From the NCBI RefSeq assembly GCF_009914755.1, contig NC_060931.1: 64,000 nt of DNA. One strand, 5' to 3'. Of the stretch, positions 13,251 through 27,246 are shown piece after piece (within the stretch, counting starts at the first letter, position 1; each line of letters starts with the position of its first letter). The notes under the pieces are model-generated. The model did not search any database. It was not told the origin of the DNA and saw only the letters and a program-made list of their open reading frames with translations. The position numbers were made by a program, and so were the translations under genes. The DNA comes from the human T2T-CHM13v2.0 reference genome, Homo sapiens.

Positions 13251-15339
13251 ACAGAGCCTTAATTTCTCCATATCCTCTAAATGAGGATAATAATACCTTC
13301 TTTTTTCCCTAAGGTATAACCCCTTCATAACCTTCTATTATAAGTGTTTGATATCCTGATATTTCTTTCTCCATGCCAGAACATACTTTCAGAAAAAGCT
13401 GAAATATTCTTTATAGTAGGATGTAAATAACTGATAAGGCTTAATATGGTACCATTGCCAGGAACTTTAGTCTTTTCATAGATCGCAACATATTTAAAGC
13501 CAATGGAATATATCACGGCATTTTGAACATCACTGAACAGTACTCAGGCAGAGATCTGTGAGCTTGGAAATGAAGCACCTACTCTTACAACCTACCTGAA
13601 AAGATGTTTACTGTTGCCTGTCTTGGTGAAAGAGCAATAAGGGACTTTGAGTTTGGGAGAAAGAATTCAGAAGAATAGTTAAAACCTCCAGTCCCAAGAA
13701 CAGACCTCCTCTCTACCCCCAACCACTTTTAAACGCAGACACGAGGGACAAACTGACCACATACTTTGAAGATTACAGTAGATCTTGAACTAGTAAAGAG
13801 AATGTATCATATGAGGTTAACAGAATCAGAAATTTTGGCCAGTGAAGCCTTATCATGTCTGTCTTAAAACATCATTTTGACAAATATTTCTTCTTGAACT
13901 TAGGTAATTTTTGCAGTCGTTTAAAATAAAAGTCTGACCATTCTTCTTTCGTAAGAGGCAGACTTGGAAATAGTGTTGATCATTACTTAAATTGCTGTCC
14001 CTTCAGGAGTTAGATTTCCAAAGGAAAAAACTTAATATAATTCTTGTCATTCACTTAAAATTTACTGTCTATTTCTCATTGTGATTATCTTTAATAGTAT
14101 GATATTTTTTATTTTATCTCTCACACCATAGTATTTCATTTACTTTTAAAATGGTCGTCTCATCAGGTTCTAAGATCAGGTTGCTTATTTGACAGGCAAA
14201 AATACTCGTGGATTCTAAATTATATTTTCTCCACAGCATGTTATTATGAAGTCACCAGTTTAGTATTTGACCTCAAATAACACTGAGGTCCATTATGTTA
14301 ATATGCGCTCTCACTATAGTTTAAGTTTATTACAGAATATTCTGAAAGATCCAAATTTATTGGTAACTCATGGGCGAACTCCCATTTTAAATCCTCTAGT
14401 TGTTTAGAGTCACAGCAAAACTAGCAACTTGCCTTTCAACATTTGCAATAGCATAATGTGGCTTTCCACAAGCCACACTTGTTTTTAAAAGTATGTGCTA
14501 AAGAGGCTGACTCAGCATTCTGAGATGCTCTGGCATTGTATTACCCGCCCCCACCACAAAAATTTTTTTTCTTTATCTCACACCTCAAATTACAGGTTAT
14601 TTGTATGCAAAAATTGCAGATAGTTCATCTATGATACTAACTCCTGGCAACTCAATAAAAGCTTTTTAGTAATATGTTTTTCTTAATCGAATATTGTGTT
14701 TCTTTTATAATATCTACAAACTAATTGATAAATAATCTCACACTTTTAATCATTTTACTTTGGAACATACTCTATTTATTCTCCACACTAAAATATTGGG
14801 CAAAAAAACCTTTTATAAGAAGTGCAGAAATAAAATTGCTAAAGTCTAATTATAAAACAAAAATATTTGGGGTTTGATTTTAAATGTTTTAATTAGAAAA
14901 GGAAAAGCAGTTTTAAGTGCAGCTTGCTATATAGCCATATTCATATCAATATATATTATTATGTTAACACAATAATAACTCTTTGCCCTTTTCATATGGA
15001 AAATAGATTGTGAAAAACAGAATGACCTTTGTTCTACCAAATGTTAAACAATAAAAGCATATCGTTTTGTCTGACCATTTAAGACCCATGATCACTTTTA
15101 AAACTCAACAATGCTTAGTTAAAAAGTCTTAATTCTTTGTAGTCTGTGCTACACATACAAAGATTACACAGATTTCTTTTCTAAAACTTTTAAATTATTT
15201 TCTAGTTTCACTAGAAACAACAGGTGTAAGATTCTATTTCCACCACAAGGTGTCAGTCCACGGTAATTTAAGCTTCAAAGGGCTTTAAACTAATCCAAGG
15301 AAAGTCAGTGACTACAGAAAATACTTATATTAAAACATG

Positions 15340-15589
15340 CTTTGTTAAACGGATGCTTGAAGGCGGCATGCTAGTTAAGAGTCATCACCACTCCCTAATC
15401 TCAAGTACTCAGGGACACAAACACTGCGGAAGGCCGCAGGGTCCTCTGCCTAGGAAAACCAGAGAACTTTGTTCACTTGTTTATCTGCTGACCTTCCCTC
15501 CACTATTGTCCTATGACCCTGCCAAATCCCCCTCTGCGAGAAACACCCAAGAATGATCAATAAAAAAAAATAATAATAATTAAAAAAAA

Positions 15590-15619
<30 letters not shown>
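15340..15619 (+). mobile_element. 5'-truncated SVA (SINE-R 3' end plus poly(A))
   Basis: HERV-K LTR-derived text with the SVA-type deletion junction (ggaaaaccagagaactttgttcacttgtttatctgctgacc), ending gaatgatcaataaa plus A-tail; TSD AAAACATG (15332-15339, 15620-15627) at a TT|AAAA L1-endonuclease site. Confidence 0.93.
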
Positions 15620-15623
<4 letters not shown>

Positions 15624-16116
15624 CATGAACAGTCTTCGGTGCCCTAGCAGTGAATAAAAAACAATCATGGAAAATGTGGTTGCGCGTTTATTTTCCTTTG
15701 TGTTTTCTACTCAGCTTAGTCCTGAGAATGTTGTATACCAAATCCCCAGAATTTTGCAATTCATGTCTCAGACCCTATCTTGAGGCTGGTTCCAACGGAG
15801 AGAAGTAAATCCCCTGCTCAAGTTGTCTTTTTCTAAAACCTTGGAATATTAACAGTTAACTTTACTTTAGGTTTGGAATACTTCATTGAGCTAGGATATG
15901 GGAAGCTGCACTTAAAAGCTAAGGCAAGGAAGGGAGGGACGGAGTAAACATGGGGTTTAAGGGTTTTTTTTTCGGCTGGGGAGCAGGGTTTGTGCGATTA
16001 AAGGTACACAATTTGAACAATTCAGGGAGCAAGTCACTCTCAGAAATTCAGCTTCGGATTCCTCAAACTGTCAATCACAGCCACTTCAGGACCGGCTGTT
16101 AGGTTTTAAATAAGGT

Positions 16117-16428
16117 GGCTGGGCGCGGTGGCTCACGCCTGTAATCTCAGCACTTTGGGAGGCCGAGGCGGGTGGATCACGAGGTCAGGAATTCAGGACC
16201 AGCCTGGCCAAGATGGTGAAATCCCCGTCTCTGCTGAAAATACAAAAATTAGCCGGGCACAGTGGCAGGCGCCTGTAATCCCAGCTACTCGGGAGGCTGA
16301 GGCAGGAGAATCGCTTGAACCCGGGGCTGGAGGTTGCAGTGAGCCAAGATCGCGCCACCGCACTCCAGCCTGGGCAACAGACTGAGACTCCGTCTCAAAA
16401 AAAATAAAAATAAAATAAAAATAAATAA
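16117..16428 (+). mobile_element. AluS
   Basis: Full dimer, (AAAAT)n tail; imperfect TSD aaataaggt/aaataagct. Confidence 0.95.
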
Positions 16429-16459
16429 GCTAACGTGTGGGAGGGTTTGTAAGCTCTAA

Positions 16460-16641
16460 ACGGTCTATCTCAAAGTGTGATCTGGGAATGCTTCCATATC
16501 TCATGGGAACTTGTTACAAATGAGAATCTCAGACCCCATCCCAGACATACTGAACCGGAAACTGTGGGCGGACAGCCCAACAATCGGTGTTTTAATAAGC
16601 CCCCGGGTAATCTTATACACGCTAAAGTCTGAGAACCACTG
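16460..16641. mobile_element. MER5A (hAT-Charlie MITE)
   Basis: 'tctcaaagtgtg...gggaacttgttacaaatgagaatctcagaccccatcccaga...gagaaccactg'. Confidence 0.8.
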
Positions 16642-16823
16642 CTCTAGAGAAATGCACAAACGTTCCTTAGTGGAGATTAAACAAAAGGCGAGGGGTTGGA
16701 GGGCGCGAAACGGACCTCAGGTGCAGGGCAGACGGCATTTGAGAGGAAACTGGGAGAGGCCGGAGTGCGACTTGGGGAGTCTTAGCCTCCAAGGACGTTC
16801 CGGAACCCTGCGGACGCGGGGCG

Positions 16824-16837
16824 CCAGCAGGTGGCGC
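16824..16837 (+). promoter_or_regulatory. CTCF motif
   Basis: CCAGCAGGTGGCGC matches the CCASYAGRKGGCRS core without mismatch. Confidence 0.7.
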
Positions 16838-16899
16838 TGGACGCGCAACGGACAAGGAGGCGGGGCCTGCAGCTGGCTTGGAGGCTCCGCGCTCTGGAG

Positions 16900-16978
16900 G
16901 CTCAGGCGCCGCGTGGGGCCCGCACCTCTGGGCAGCAGCGGCAGCCGAGACTCACGGTCAAGCTAAGGCGAAGAGTGG
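16900..16978 (+). other. STEAP1: STEAP1 exon 1 (5' UTR, start approximate)
   Basis: Ends AAGAGTGG|GTGAGT (strong donor at 16979). Joined to exon 2 it gives ...GAAGAGTGGGTGGCTGAAGCC..., matching the STEAP1 mRNA leader as I recall it. TSS cannot be fixed from sequence. Confidence 0.85.
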
Positions 16979-18715
16979 GTGAGTCCCTTGAATCGTTCTC
17001 ACTGGCCGTTTGCTCCTCGAGTCCGCCCGCGTGTCCCTGCAAGGCTGGGCGCCCGCTCCCAGTCTTGGGAGGGGTGTAGCGGGTCGCAAGCCTTCTCGTG
17101 ACCTGGACAGCGGCCCTCCTGGGCGAGCGCTGCTCAATTCTCCGCTTATGCGCGGCTCTGGGGCGCGCTGCCTTCCAGCCCAGCTGGGTTGTGGCCGGGC
17201 CGGGGGTTGGGGAGAGCCAGGGACTCACAGGAAGCCTTTTCGCTAGGGGCTTAAGGTTGTGGTAGATTATTAAGTTTGTGCTCAGGTTGGATTTTGATGG
17301 CAAGTTTTTTAACGTGGCAAAGTTGCCAGAGTTTGCTGTGCATTGACGAATGACTGGTGCACAGTACTTAAAATCGTGCTACTTCTCGTCTTCGGGTTTC
17401 CTGGTAACAGAGGTTTTCATTTTTAGTCCTTAGAACACTGGCCCTACTCTTTCAGGATCTGGGTGGGGTTCAGGTTCCCTCCAAAATAGTCAATCAAGGC
17501 TTTAAATATGTAATTCTGGTCAAATCCACTGGAAGGTGTTTGTAGACATAAATTTTTTGTACACTTCCAAATTTCTTACTTTGTTACTTTTGTAAAATAC
17601 ATTTCCCTCCACATCCTGACGTGTAATAAAAGGTTATTCATTTAACATGAATGTTAAGCACAGAGGGAAAGCAATGCTTAAAAACAGCCCAGTGAAAAAA
17701 AAAACAAAAAACTCGACTTCACTTAGTTAAATGTAAAACAAGTGTGCACTTGAAAGTATAAAAGGTTGGAAATGCAATGCAACCCACAGTGTATTCCAGG
17801 CATTGGGTTTCTTCATATTCTCAACTGCGGGACATAAACATGAGTAAGTTGGGCTGTGCCAACATTTAGGAACACCAGGGCAGCCATCCTGGTACAGCAA
17901 AACAGCAGTCGCATTAGAAATATGCTTCACTTTTTTTAAAAGGGGGTGAAAGAGAACTTTGGGTCGAATTCTGGAGTTCCTAACATTTTAACACCAGGTT
18001 GTTTTCTGTTATTTTTCTTTTTATGAAAAGATTTTACTGTAGAACTTAAATTTCATTTTGGTTAATGTCTGATGGAAACCAACAAATTTATTTGACTCAT
18101 AGTTTATTTTCCTGGCTTATGGGCATAGAGTTGACTGTGGGCCACACAGTCAACAAGCTTCCTCACTGTCATGGGCTTTTCCTTGGCTTTGCTCTTGAGT
18201 GTGGTCTCCTTACCATGCAGACAAATGGCTGGGTAACTCTCCAGGGCCACTCTGGTTTTCCACCCAGACTCCGTTTGTAGTGGCCATCAGTCAGCAAACA
18301 CTGCCAACCTGCTAGCTACCCCAGGACTGGGTCTAGAAGACAGCGCTGAGCCTTTTCCTCTACTTCCCTTCCCATGCCACCATCTGCCTGTAAAACTTTA
18401 TCCTCCTCTAGGATACATCGCTCTACCATGCAGTTGAAATGCCTGCCTTCTCTCCTAGACCTCAAGGTTTTTCAGAGCAGAGGCTTTATCTCATTTAACT
18501 TTGCATTCCTCCTGCCTTACATTGTTGTTCACAATATAGTTAATGAATTCATATTGAATAAATGTAGGTGGATTTGTTAGCATCCTTACGATACTGCAAC
18601 CCTCAAAGTTAAAAGATCTTCTAAACATAGTGAATTATTTCTTACATTTGATTATAGTAGGTGACACTTCCATTCCTAGCACCTCCCTCCCCCACCCCAC
18701 AAACTATTATGTTGG

Positions 18716-19403
18716 TGATATGGTTTGGAGCTGTGTCTCTCCCTCAGATCTCATGTTGAAATGTAACCCCCAGTGAGGGAGCTGGGGTCTGGTGGGAGGT
18801 GATTGGACCATGGGAGCAGTTTCTCATGGTTTAACACCATCCCCCCTTGGTGCTGTTGTCACGTTAGTGCAGGGGTACCCAACCCCGTGGCCGCAGACTG
18901 GTATCAGTCAGTGTCCTTTTAGGAACTGGGCTGCACAGCAGGAGGGGAGTGGCAGGCCAGCGAGCATTACTGCCTGAGCTCCACCTCCTGTCAGATGAAC
19001 AGTGGCATTAGATTCTCCTAAGTGCATGAACCCTATTGCAAACTGCACATGCAAGGGATCTAGGTTGTGTGCTCCTTATGAGAATCTAACTATTGCCTGA
19101 TGATCTGAGGTGGAACAGTTTCACCTCAAAACCCTATCCCCCTTCCCCTACTTGGAAAAATTGTCTTCCACGAAACCAGTCCCTGGTGCCAAAAAGGTTG
19201 GGGACCACTGCGATAATGTAAGACGCCTGCTCCCACTTCACCTTCCGCCATGACTATAAGCCCTCTGAGCCCTCCCCAGAAGCAGATGTTGCCATGCTTC
19301 CTTTACAGCCTATGGAACCATGAGCCAATTAAATCTCCTTTCTTTATAATAATTACCCAGCCTCAGGTATTTCTTTATAGCAGTGCGAGAACAGCGTAAT
19401 ACA
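18716..19403 (+). mobile_element. MST (MaLR) solo LTR interrupted by MER1B
   Basis: TGATATGGTTTGG...TAATACA termini with perfect 5-bp TSD GTTGG (18711-18715, 19404-19408). Confidence 0.9.
18870..19210 (+). mobile_element. MER1B (hAT-Charlie) nested in MST LTR
   Basis: cagggg(t)accccaacc...ggttggggaccactg termini, ~340 bp; degenerate 8-bp TSD cgttagtg/cgataatg. Confidence 0.85.
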
Positions 19404-19549
19404 GTTGGTTAAGTCACCAAATGACTTGGAATAATGCTTCTTAAGGAGATAGAGTGTCATTTCCTCCAGAGCAGGCATGAGTGTCATTTCTATTTTTCCT
19501 CTTTAATGTTGGTCACAGAGTTGGGTTCATAAATACTTGATGATTGGCA

Positions 19550-20100
19550 TATGCTTTACTCAGAATTCTTTTACATGCCAGTGGTGAACACCCAAATCAC
19601 ACTAACTTAAACCAAAAAAAAAGGGAATGTGTTGACTGTCTAACTGAAAAATTCAGGATCTAGTCTCAGGGGCTCTAAATACTGAAATATGCCGCCAGGA
19701 CTCTTCTGTGTCTTTCTCTGCTTCTTGTTCTGCTTCCGTGTTGGCTTTCTTCTTTTCTAATGAAAACATGTTCCTTCTTAGAGCATGGAGAAAAAAGCAT
19801 GGCAGGCTTATACTGTGCTATCTTAACAAAATGTTAAAGACATCTCATCTCTCTCTTCCACTTCCATATATAAATATCAGAGAATGACCAGGTTTAAGTA
19901 GGGTTCTGTGCCATCGCTAAGCCAATCAATGGGAAAACAGGAAACTGCCCAGGCCTGAGTCATATACCCACTTCTGTGACCAGGGAATGAGCGTTACTAT
20001 TTTACACAATCTCCCAAAATCACATTGGAGGGAGGAAGGGCATTTCTCCAAATGGAGGAAATGTTTTAAATCAGAAAAGAATGTGGGCAAACTAAAACAA
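19550..20100 (-). mobile_element. Old MLT1-type LTR (degenerate)
   Basis: 'cccaaatcacactaacttaaaccaaaaaaaaagggaatgtgttgactgtctaactgaaaaattcagg' resembles antisense MLT1J/K. Confidence 0.5.
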
Positions 20101-20258
20101 CAGATATCTTCATCATGAATGTTCTGTAATTTTGAAATAGATAATATCTGGAAAATATTCCAAGAGTACCTCAACAAAGTAAATGTTGGCATATGTAAAA
20201 GCAACTCGTTATTCTTTGTTATAGTTAAACCTTTAAAACTTGGAGAATGTTTTAAGAA

Positions 20259-21276
20259 CAGTCATGTCTCTTCATGACAGGATACATTCTGAGAAATTCA
20301 TTGTAAGGCGGGATTTCATTGTTGAGGAAACATCATAGAGTGTACTTACATAAACTTAGATGGTACAGCCTCCTACATACTTAGGCTAGATGGTATAGTC
20401 TATTGCTCCTAGGCTACTAATCTGTATAGCATGTTACTGTGCTGAATACTGTGGGCAGTTGAAACACAATAGTAAGTATTTGTGTATCTGAACATAGAAA
20501 AGGTATAGTAAACATACATATATCGTACAAAAGATAAAAAATTGTATATTTGTACAGGACGCTTACTATGAATAGAACTTGCAGAACTGGAAGTTGCTCT
20601 GGGTGAGTCAGTGAGTGAGTAGTGAGTGAATGTAAAGGCCTGGGACATTACTGTACAGTACTATAGACTTTATAAACGCTGTACACTAAGGCTACCCTAC
20701 ATTTATTGAAAAATTTTTTTCTTTAATAATAAATTAACTTTAGCTTACTGTAATTTTACTTTATTAACTTATTGTTTTTACTCTTTTGTAATAACACTTA
20801 GCTTAAAACATAGTCACATTGTACAGCCATACAAAATATTTTGTTTATGTACTTACTCCTTAAGCTTTTTTTCTATTTCTAATTTTTTTTTTCTTTTTAG
20901 ACTTTTTTGTTGAAACTAAGACACAAACACACACATTAGCCCAGGCCTACCCAGGGTCAGGATCATCAGTATCACTGTCTTCCACCTCTATATCTTGTCC
21001 CACTGGAAGGTCTTCAAGGGCAGTAACAGGCATGGAGCTGCCATCTTCTATGATAACAATGCCTTCTTCTGGAAGACCTCCTGAAGGACCTGCCTAGGGC
21101 TGTTTACAGTTAGCTCTTTTTTTGTAAGTAGAAGGAGTACACTTCACAATAATAATAAAAAGTATAGTATTGTAAATACTAGGCAATAGGAATTTTTTTG
21201 CTCCATTATACTCTTATGGGACCACTGTTACATATGCAGTCAGTCGTTGACCAAAGTGTTATGTGACACATCACTG
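20259..21276. mobile_element. Tigger3-family DNA transposon (internally deleted)
   Basis: cagtcatg...catcactg termini; internal 'catcatagagtgtacttacataaacttagatggtacagcc' and 'gaagttgctctgggtgagtcagtgagtgag'. Confidence 0.88.
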
Positions 21277-22156
21277 TATTTTAAACTATTCCTGGAAACA
21301 GCTTTCCACCTAAAAAAGTACTACACGTGGTCTAAAATTCAGAAACACTTGGGATATTTTCTGTCAATCAAATTGTTGTATATCTAATCTGTTTTTCTCA
21401 TTGAATTTCATAAAGTGTAAATTGAAGATGTGTTCCTCTGGAAATAAATTCAGAACTAATAAAAACAATGAATAGTACTGTGACATATGTTTTCTTTCCC
21501 TAAAAAATGTTACACCAATCCTGGATGAGGATCTGTGAGTTTGCTAAGGAAAAGATTCTTTTATCAAGTGAGAAATTTGAAAAGTTGTTTTCCACAGGGT
21601 TGACCAGAAGACTGGGCACATCATTAATTCGGCACAACTCACCATTCCCACTGGAAACATACTAGCAATTCACATCTTCCAAACAAGCACCAACCTCTTA
21701 CTCCAAAAGAAAAATGGTACTCTGAAAATACTGTTTCAGACTCCAGTGTCAACCCCAAAATTCTGTTAAACATAAATCTTATATCAGCTACCTCCAGCCT
21801 CCATTGATGACATTATTACTCTCAATATAATACATTCCTAATTATATTTGCCATTGAAAGGAGTTGGCTTTCCTCCAGATGGAAACCTGAAATTAAATCT
21901 TCCTCAAGTAAAAGGCAACATCTGAACCTTTGTAATGCATACAGGCACCTGGGTTATTCATTGAACAAATAAGTAGATAAAGAAGAGCAGTTACTGTTGA
22001 TAAGAGGGCATTGGTTTGAAACTTACAGATTATAATATGAAGTTAAATGTATAAATCAGTCACTATTTCCATTTTTATTGTATTTTATCTGCCATTCTAG
22101 TCTTTAAGTAAGTAAATTTTTTATATTGTTACATCAAACATTCACATCATAAGTAG

Positions 22157-22315
<159 letters not shown>

Positions 22316-23238
22316 TAATAATAACAATAATAAATAATAATTTACATCTTTAAACATAATTCAGATGCCATTCTGTATCTCCTAGTGTTATGAAAGTGAT
22401 TTTTCACCCTAGTCTGCTGATATCTGGACTTGGATTACCGTCACTGATACTGTGAAGGACAGAGTAGCATATGTGAGAGACATAGTACCTTCACTGATTG
22501 TCAGGGACTTAGCTGAATAACCTTGAATAAGTTACTGAAAATCTGGGGTCTTAGTTTGTTTATACCATGAAAGCCTTGGACCAGATCATCCCCAAGGCCC
22601 TTCCAATTCTTTCTAACAGTCTATAGTTCTAAGTTAAAAAAAAAAAAAAGTCATCAATGCCCATATAACAGTAATTTTGTAAGCAAGCATTTTTGTCATA
22701 GACACAGTGGCAGCTTACCAAGAGATCAGTAAATTGACGATTCACTGTATAACCAAATAAATCTACTTTTGGATAAGAATCACTTGTTCCACTTTTGGTC
22801 AAACACAGGATTAAGTGTTTCTTACTACATTTTTTGACTGAAAAAGTGGCAGAAATTTTGGTTCCAAACTTCCAAATTATCTCAATGGAAGTTTTAGCAG
22901 AAATTATTTATTTAATCTTAATAATTTTAATAGGGAAAAGTAATTAATAAATTACAAGCATATACTTTATAAGAGTAACAATGTGCATAAAATGAAATAA
23001 TTTCATTTTTCAAGTTAACTGTCTTACCTGTCTGAAGCATGTATTTCTTTTGTCCTAAAGACAAAAGTCTTTCAGTGCCACATAGACTATGCTATCTTCA
23101 ACTAACCAGTATTCAAAAGCAAGATTCTGAATGCCCTTATTCAATGAGAAGCACAATGATTGAGCAATAAGTAATTAGTTCAAGAGATATCCCATTGTTT
23201 TGTTCAATTTTAAGATGTTAATTTTCTTTCCTTTGTAG

Positions 23239-23757
<519 letters not shown>

Positions 23758-24347
23758 TGACAGTGTTGACACTGTTACTAATAAAAAGTCTAAGTCACCT
23801 AACAAATTAATCATTTCTCATTGTAATATCAATACCCCAACCCTGTTGAAACTCTGTGTTGAAAAAGTCATCTATTTTAAAATTTTTATTATAATTACAC
23901 TAGGGCTTGGTTGTCAGTCGGTTTTATATTGAGAAATGTTTTTTAGGCTGAAAATAAGGTACAACTTTAGCAACATAAGAAACATTTTGTTCATGGACGA
24001 GGCCATATTTCAAACTTCTACCACCCTCACAAGATTACTTTTTAATATTGTTGTTCTTCTCCTTGTTTACCAATATGCATGCACATTACAGTTCTATCCA
24101 AGTAAACCATCAAATAATTATTAGAAAATTAATAGATTATGGAAGTGTTGCATTCAAGAAAAAAAGTGATAGCTCCTATGTCATTTGTCTTAGAGGAATG
24201 CAAAAAAAAAAAAAGAAAAAGTCATAAATTTGTGGAGACCTGTTATCAGGGCTTCATAGTAGGCACAGGGAAGAGTGTAGAAGGAGATTCACATTCAGGA
24301 AATAACTGTTGTTTGCATTTCTTCTTTCTTTATTTACCTTCTGGTAG

Positions 24348-24524
<177 letters not shown>

Positions 24525-24708
24525 TAAAATAACCCTAAGAGGTAAATCTTCTTTTTGTGTTTATGATATAGAATATGTTGACTTTACCCCATAAAAAATA
24601 ACAAATGTTTTTCAACAGCAAAGATCTTATACTTGTTCCAATTAATAATGTGCTCTCCTGTTGTTTTCCCTATTGCTTCTAATTAGGACAAGTGTTTCCT
24701 AGACATAA

Positions 24709-25062
<354 letters not shown>

Positions 25063-26865
25063 TGCTCTTTCTAATATTTGAAACTTGTTAGACAATTTGC
25101 CACCCATCTAATGTGATATTTTAGGAATCCAATATGCATGGTTTATTATTTCTTAAAAAAAATATTCTTTTACCTGTCACCTGAATTTAGTAATGCCTTT
25201 TATGTTACACAACTTAGCACTTTCCAGAAACAAAAACTCTCTCCTTGAAATAATAGAGTTTTTATCTACCAAAGATATTCTAGTGTCTCATTTCAAAGGC
25301 TGCTTTTTCCAGCTTACATTTTATATACTTACTCACTTGAAGTTTCTAAATATTCTTGTAATTTTAAAACTATCTCAGATTTACTGAGGTTTATCTTCTG
25401 GTGGTAGATTATCCATAAGAAGAGTGATGTGCCAGAATCACTCTGGGATCCTTGTCTGACAAGATTCAAAGGACTAAATTTAATTCAGTCATGAACACTG
25501 CCAATTACCGTTTATGGGTAGACATCTTTGGAAATTTCCACAAGGTCAGACATTCGCAACTATCCCTTCTACATGTCCACACGTATACTCCAACACTTTA
25601 TTAGGCATCTGATTAGTTTGGAAAGTATGCCTCCATCTGAATTAGTCCAGTGTGGCTTAGAGTTGGTACAACATTCTCACAGAATTTCCTAATTTTGTAG
25701 GTTCAGCCTGATAACCACTGGAGTTCTTTGGTCCTCATTAAATAGCTTTCTTCACACATTGCTCTGCCTGTTACACATATGATGAACACTGCTTTTTAGA
25801 CTTCATTAGGAATTTAGGACTGCATCTTGACAACTGAGCCTATTCTACTATATGTACAATACCTAGCCCATAATAGGTATACAATACACATTTGGTAAAA
25901 CTAATTTTCAACCAATGACATGTATTTTTCAACTAGTAACCTAGAAATGTTTCACTTAAAATCTGAGAACTGGTTACACTACAAGTTACCTTGGAGATTC
26001 ATATATGAAAACGCAAACTTAGCTATTTGATTGTATTCACTGGGACTTAAGAATGCGCCTGAATAATTGTGAGTTCGATTTGTTCTGGCAGGCTAATGAC
26101 CATTTCCAGTAAAGTGAATAGAGGTCAGAAGTCGTATAAAAGAGGTGTTGTCAGAACACCGTTGAGATTACATAGGTGAACAACTATTTTTAAGCAACTT
26201 TATTTGTGTAGTGACAAAGCATCCCAATGCAGGCTGAAATGTTTCATCACATCTCTGGATCTCTCTATTTTGTGCAGACATTGAAAAAATTGTTCATATT
26301 ATTTCCATGTTATCAGAATATTTGATTTTTTAAAAACATAGGCCAAGTTCATTCACTTCATTATTCATTTATCAAAATCAGAGTGAATCACATTAGTCGC
26401 CTTCACAACTGATAAAGATCACTGAAGTCAAATTGATTTTTGCTATAATCTTCAATCTACCTATATTTAATTGAGAATCTAAAATGTACAAATCATTGTG
26501 TTGATTCTGCAGGGATCCTGCTATAAGTAAGACTCAGTCCCTGATTTTAGGTATCCTGTGATAAGCAGAATTAAGACAAATACACAAGAGACAAAGCACA
26601 AAAAATAAATATCATAAGGGGATGAACAAAATGGTGGAGAAAGAGTAGACAAAGTTTTTGATCACCTGCCTTCAAAGAAAGGCTGTGAATTTTGTTCACT
26701 TAGACAGCTTGGAGACAAGAAATTACCCAAAAGTAAGGTGAGGAGGATAGGCAAAAAGAGTAGAAAGATGTGAATGGACATTGTTGAGAAATGTGATAGG
26801 AAAACAATCATAGATAAAGGATTTCCAAGCAACAGAGCATATCCAGATGAGGTAGGATGGGATAA

Positions 26866-27168
<303 letters not shown>

Positions 27169-27240
27169 AATTACTGTTTACACACATTTTTGTTCAATAT
27201 TGATATATTTTATCACCAACATTTCAAGTTTGTATTTGTT

Positions 27241-27246
27241 AATAAA
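27241..27246 (+). terminator. STEAP1: STEAP1 polyadenylation signal
   Basis: AATAAA 72 nt after the stop, with U-rich upstream and GU/U-rich downstream sequence (tcttgatgtttctctttgt). Confidence 0.85.

Larger units (their letters stand above)
16690..17260 (+). promoter_or_regulatory. STEAP1: CpG island / STEAP1 promoter
   Basis: Sharp rise in GC and CpG density against an AT-rich background; GC box GGAGGCGGGGC at ~16856-16866; spans exon 1. Boundaries approximate. Confidence 0.9.

Noticed and set aside
16511-17303. Several overlapping ORFs of 62-151 aa at the promoter
   Set aside because: Arg/Gly/Pro-rich products expected from a stop-poor CpG island, partly MER5A-derived; no recognisable domain.
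26512-26525. Possible 14-nt micro-exon (ctgcag|...|gtaaga) in intron 4
   Set aside because: Weak pyrimidine tract, frameshifting length, no supporting evidence.
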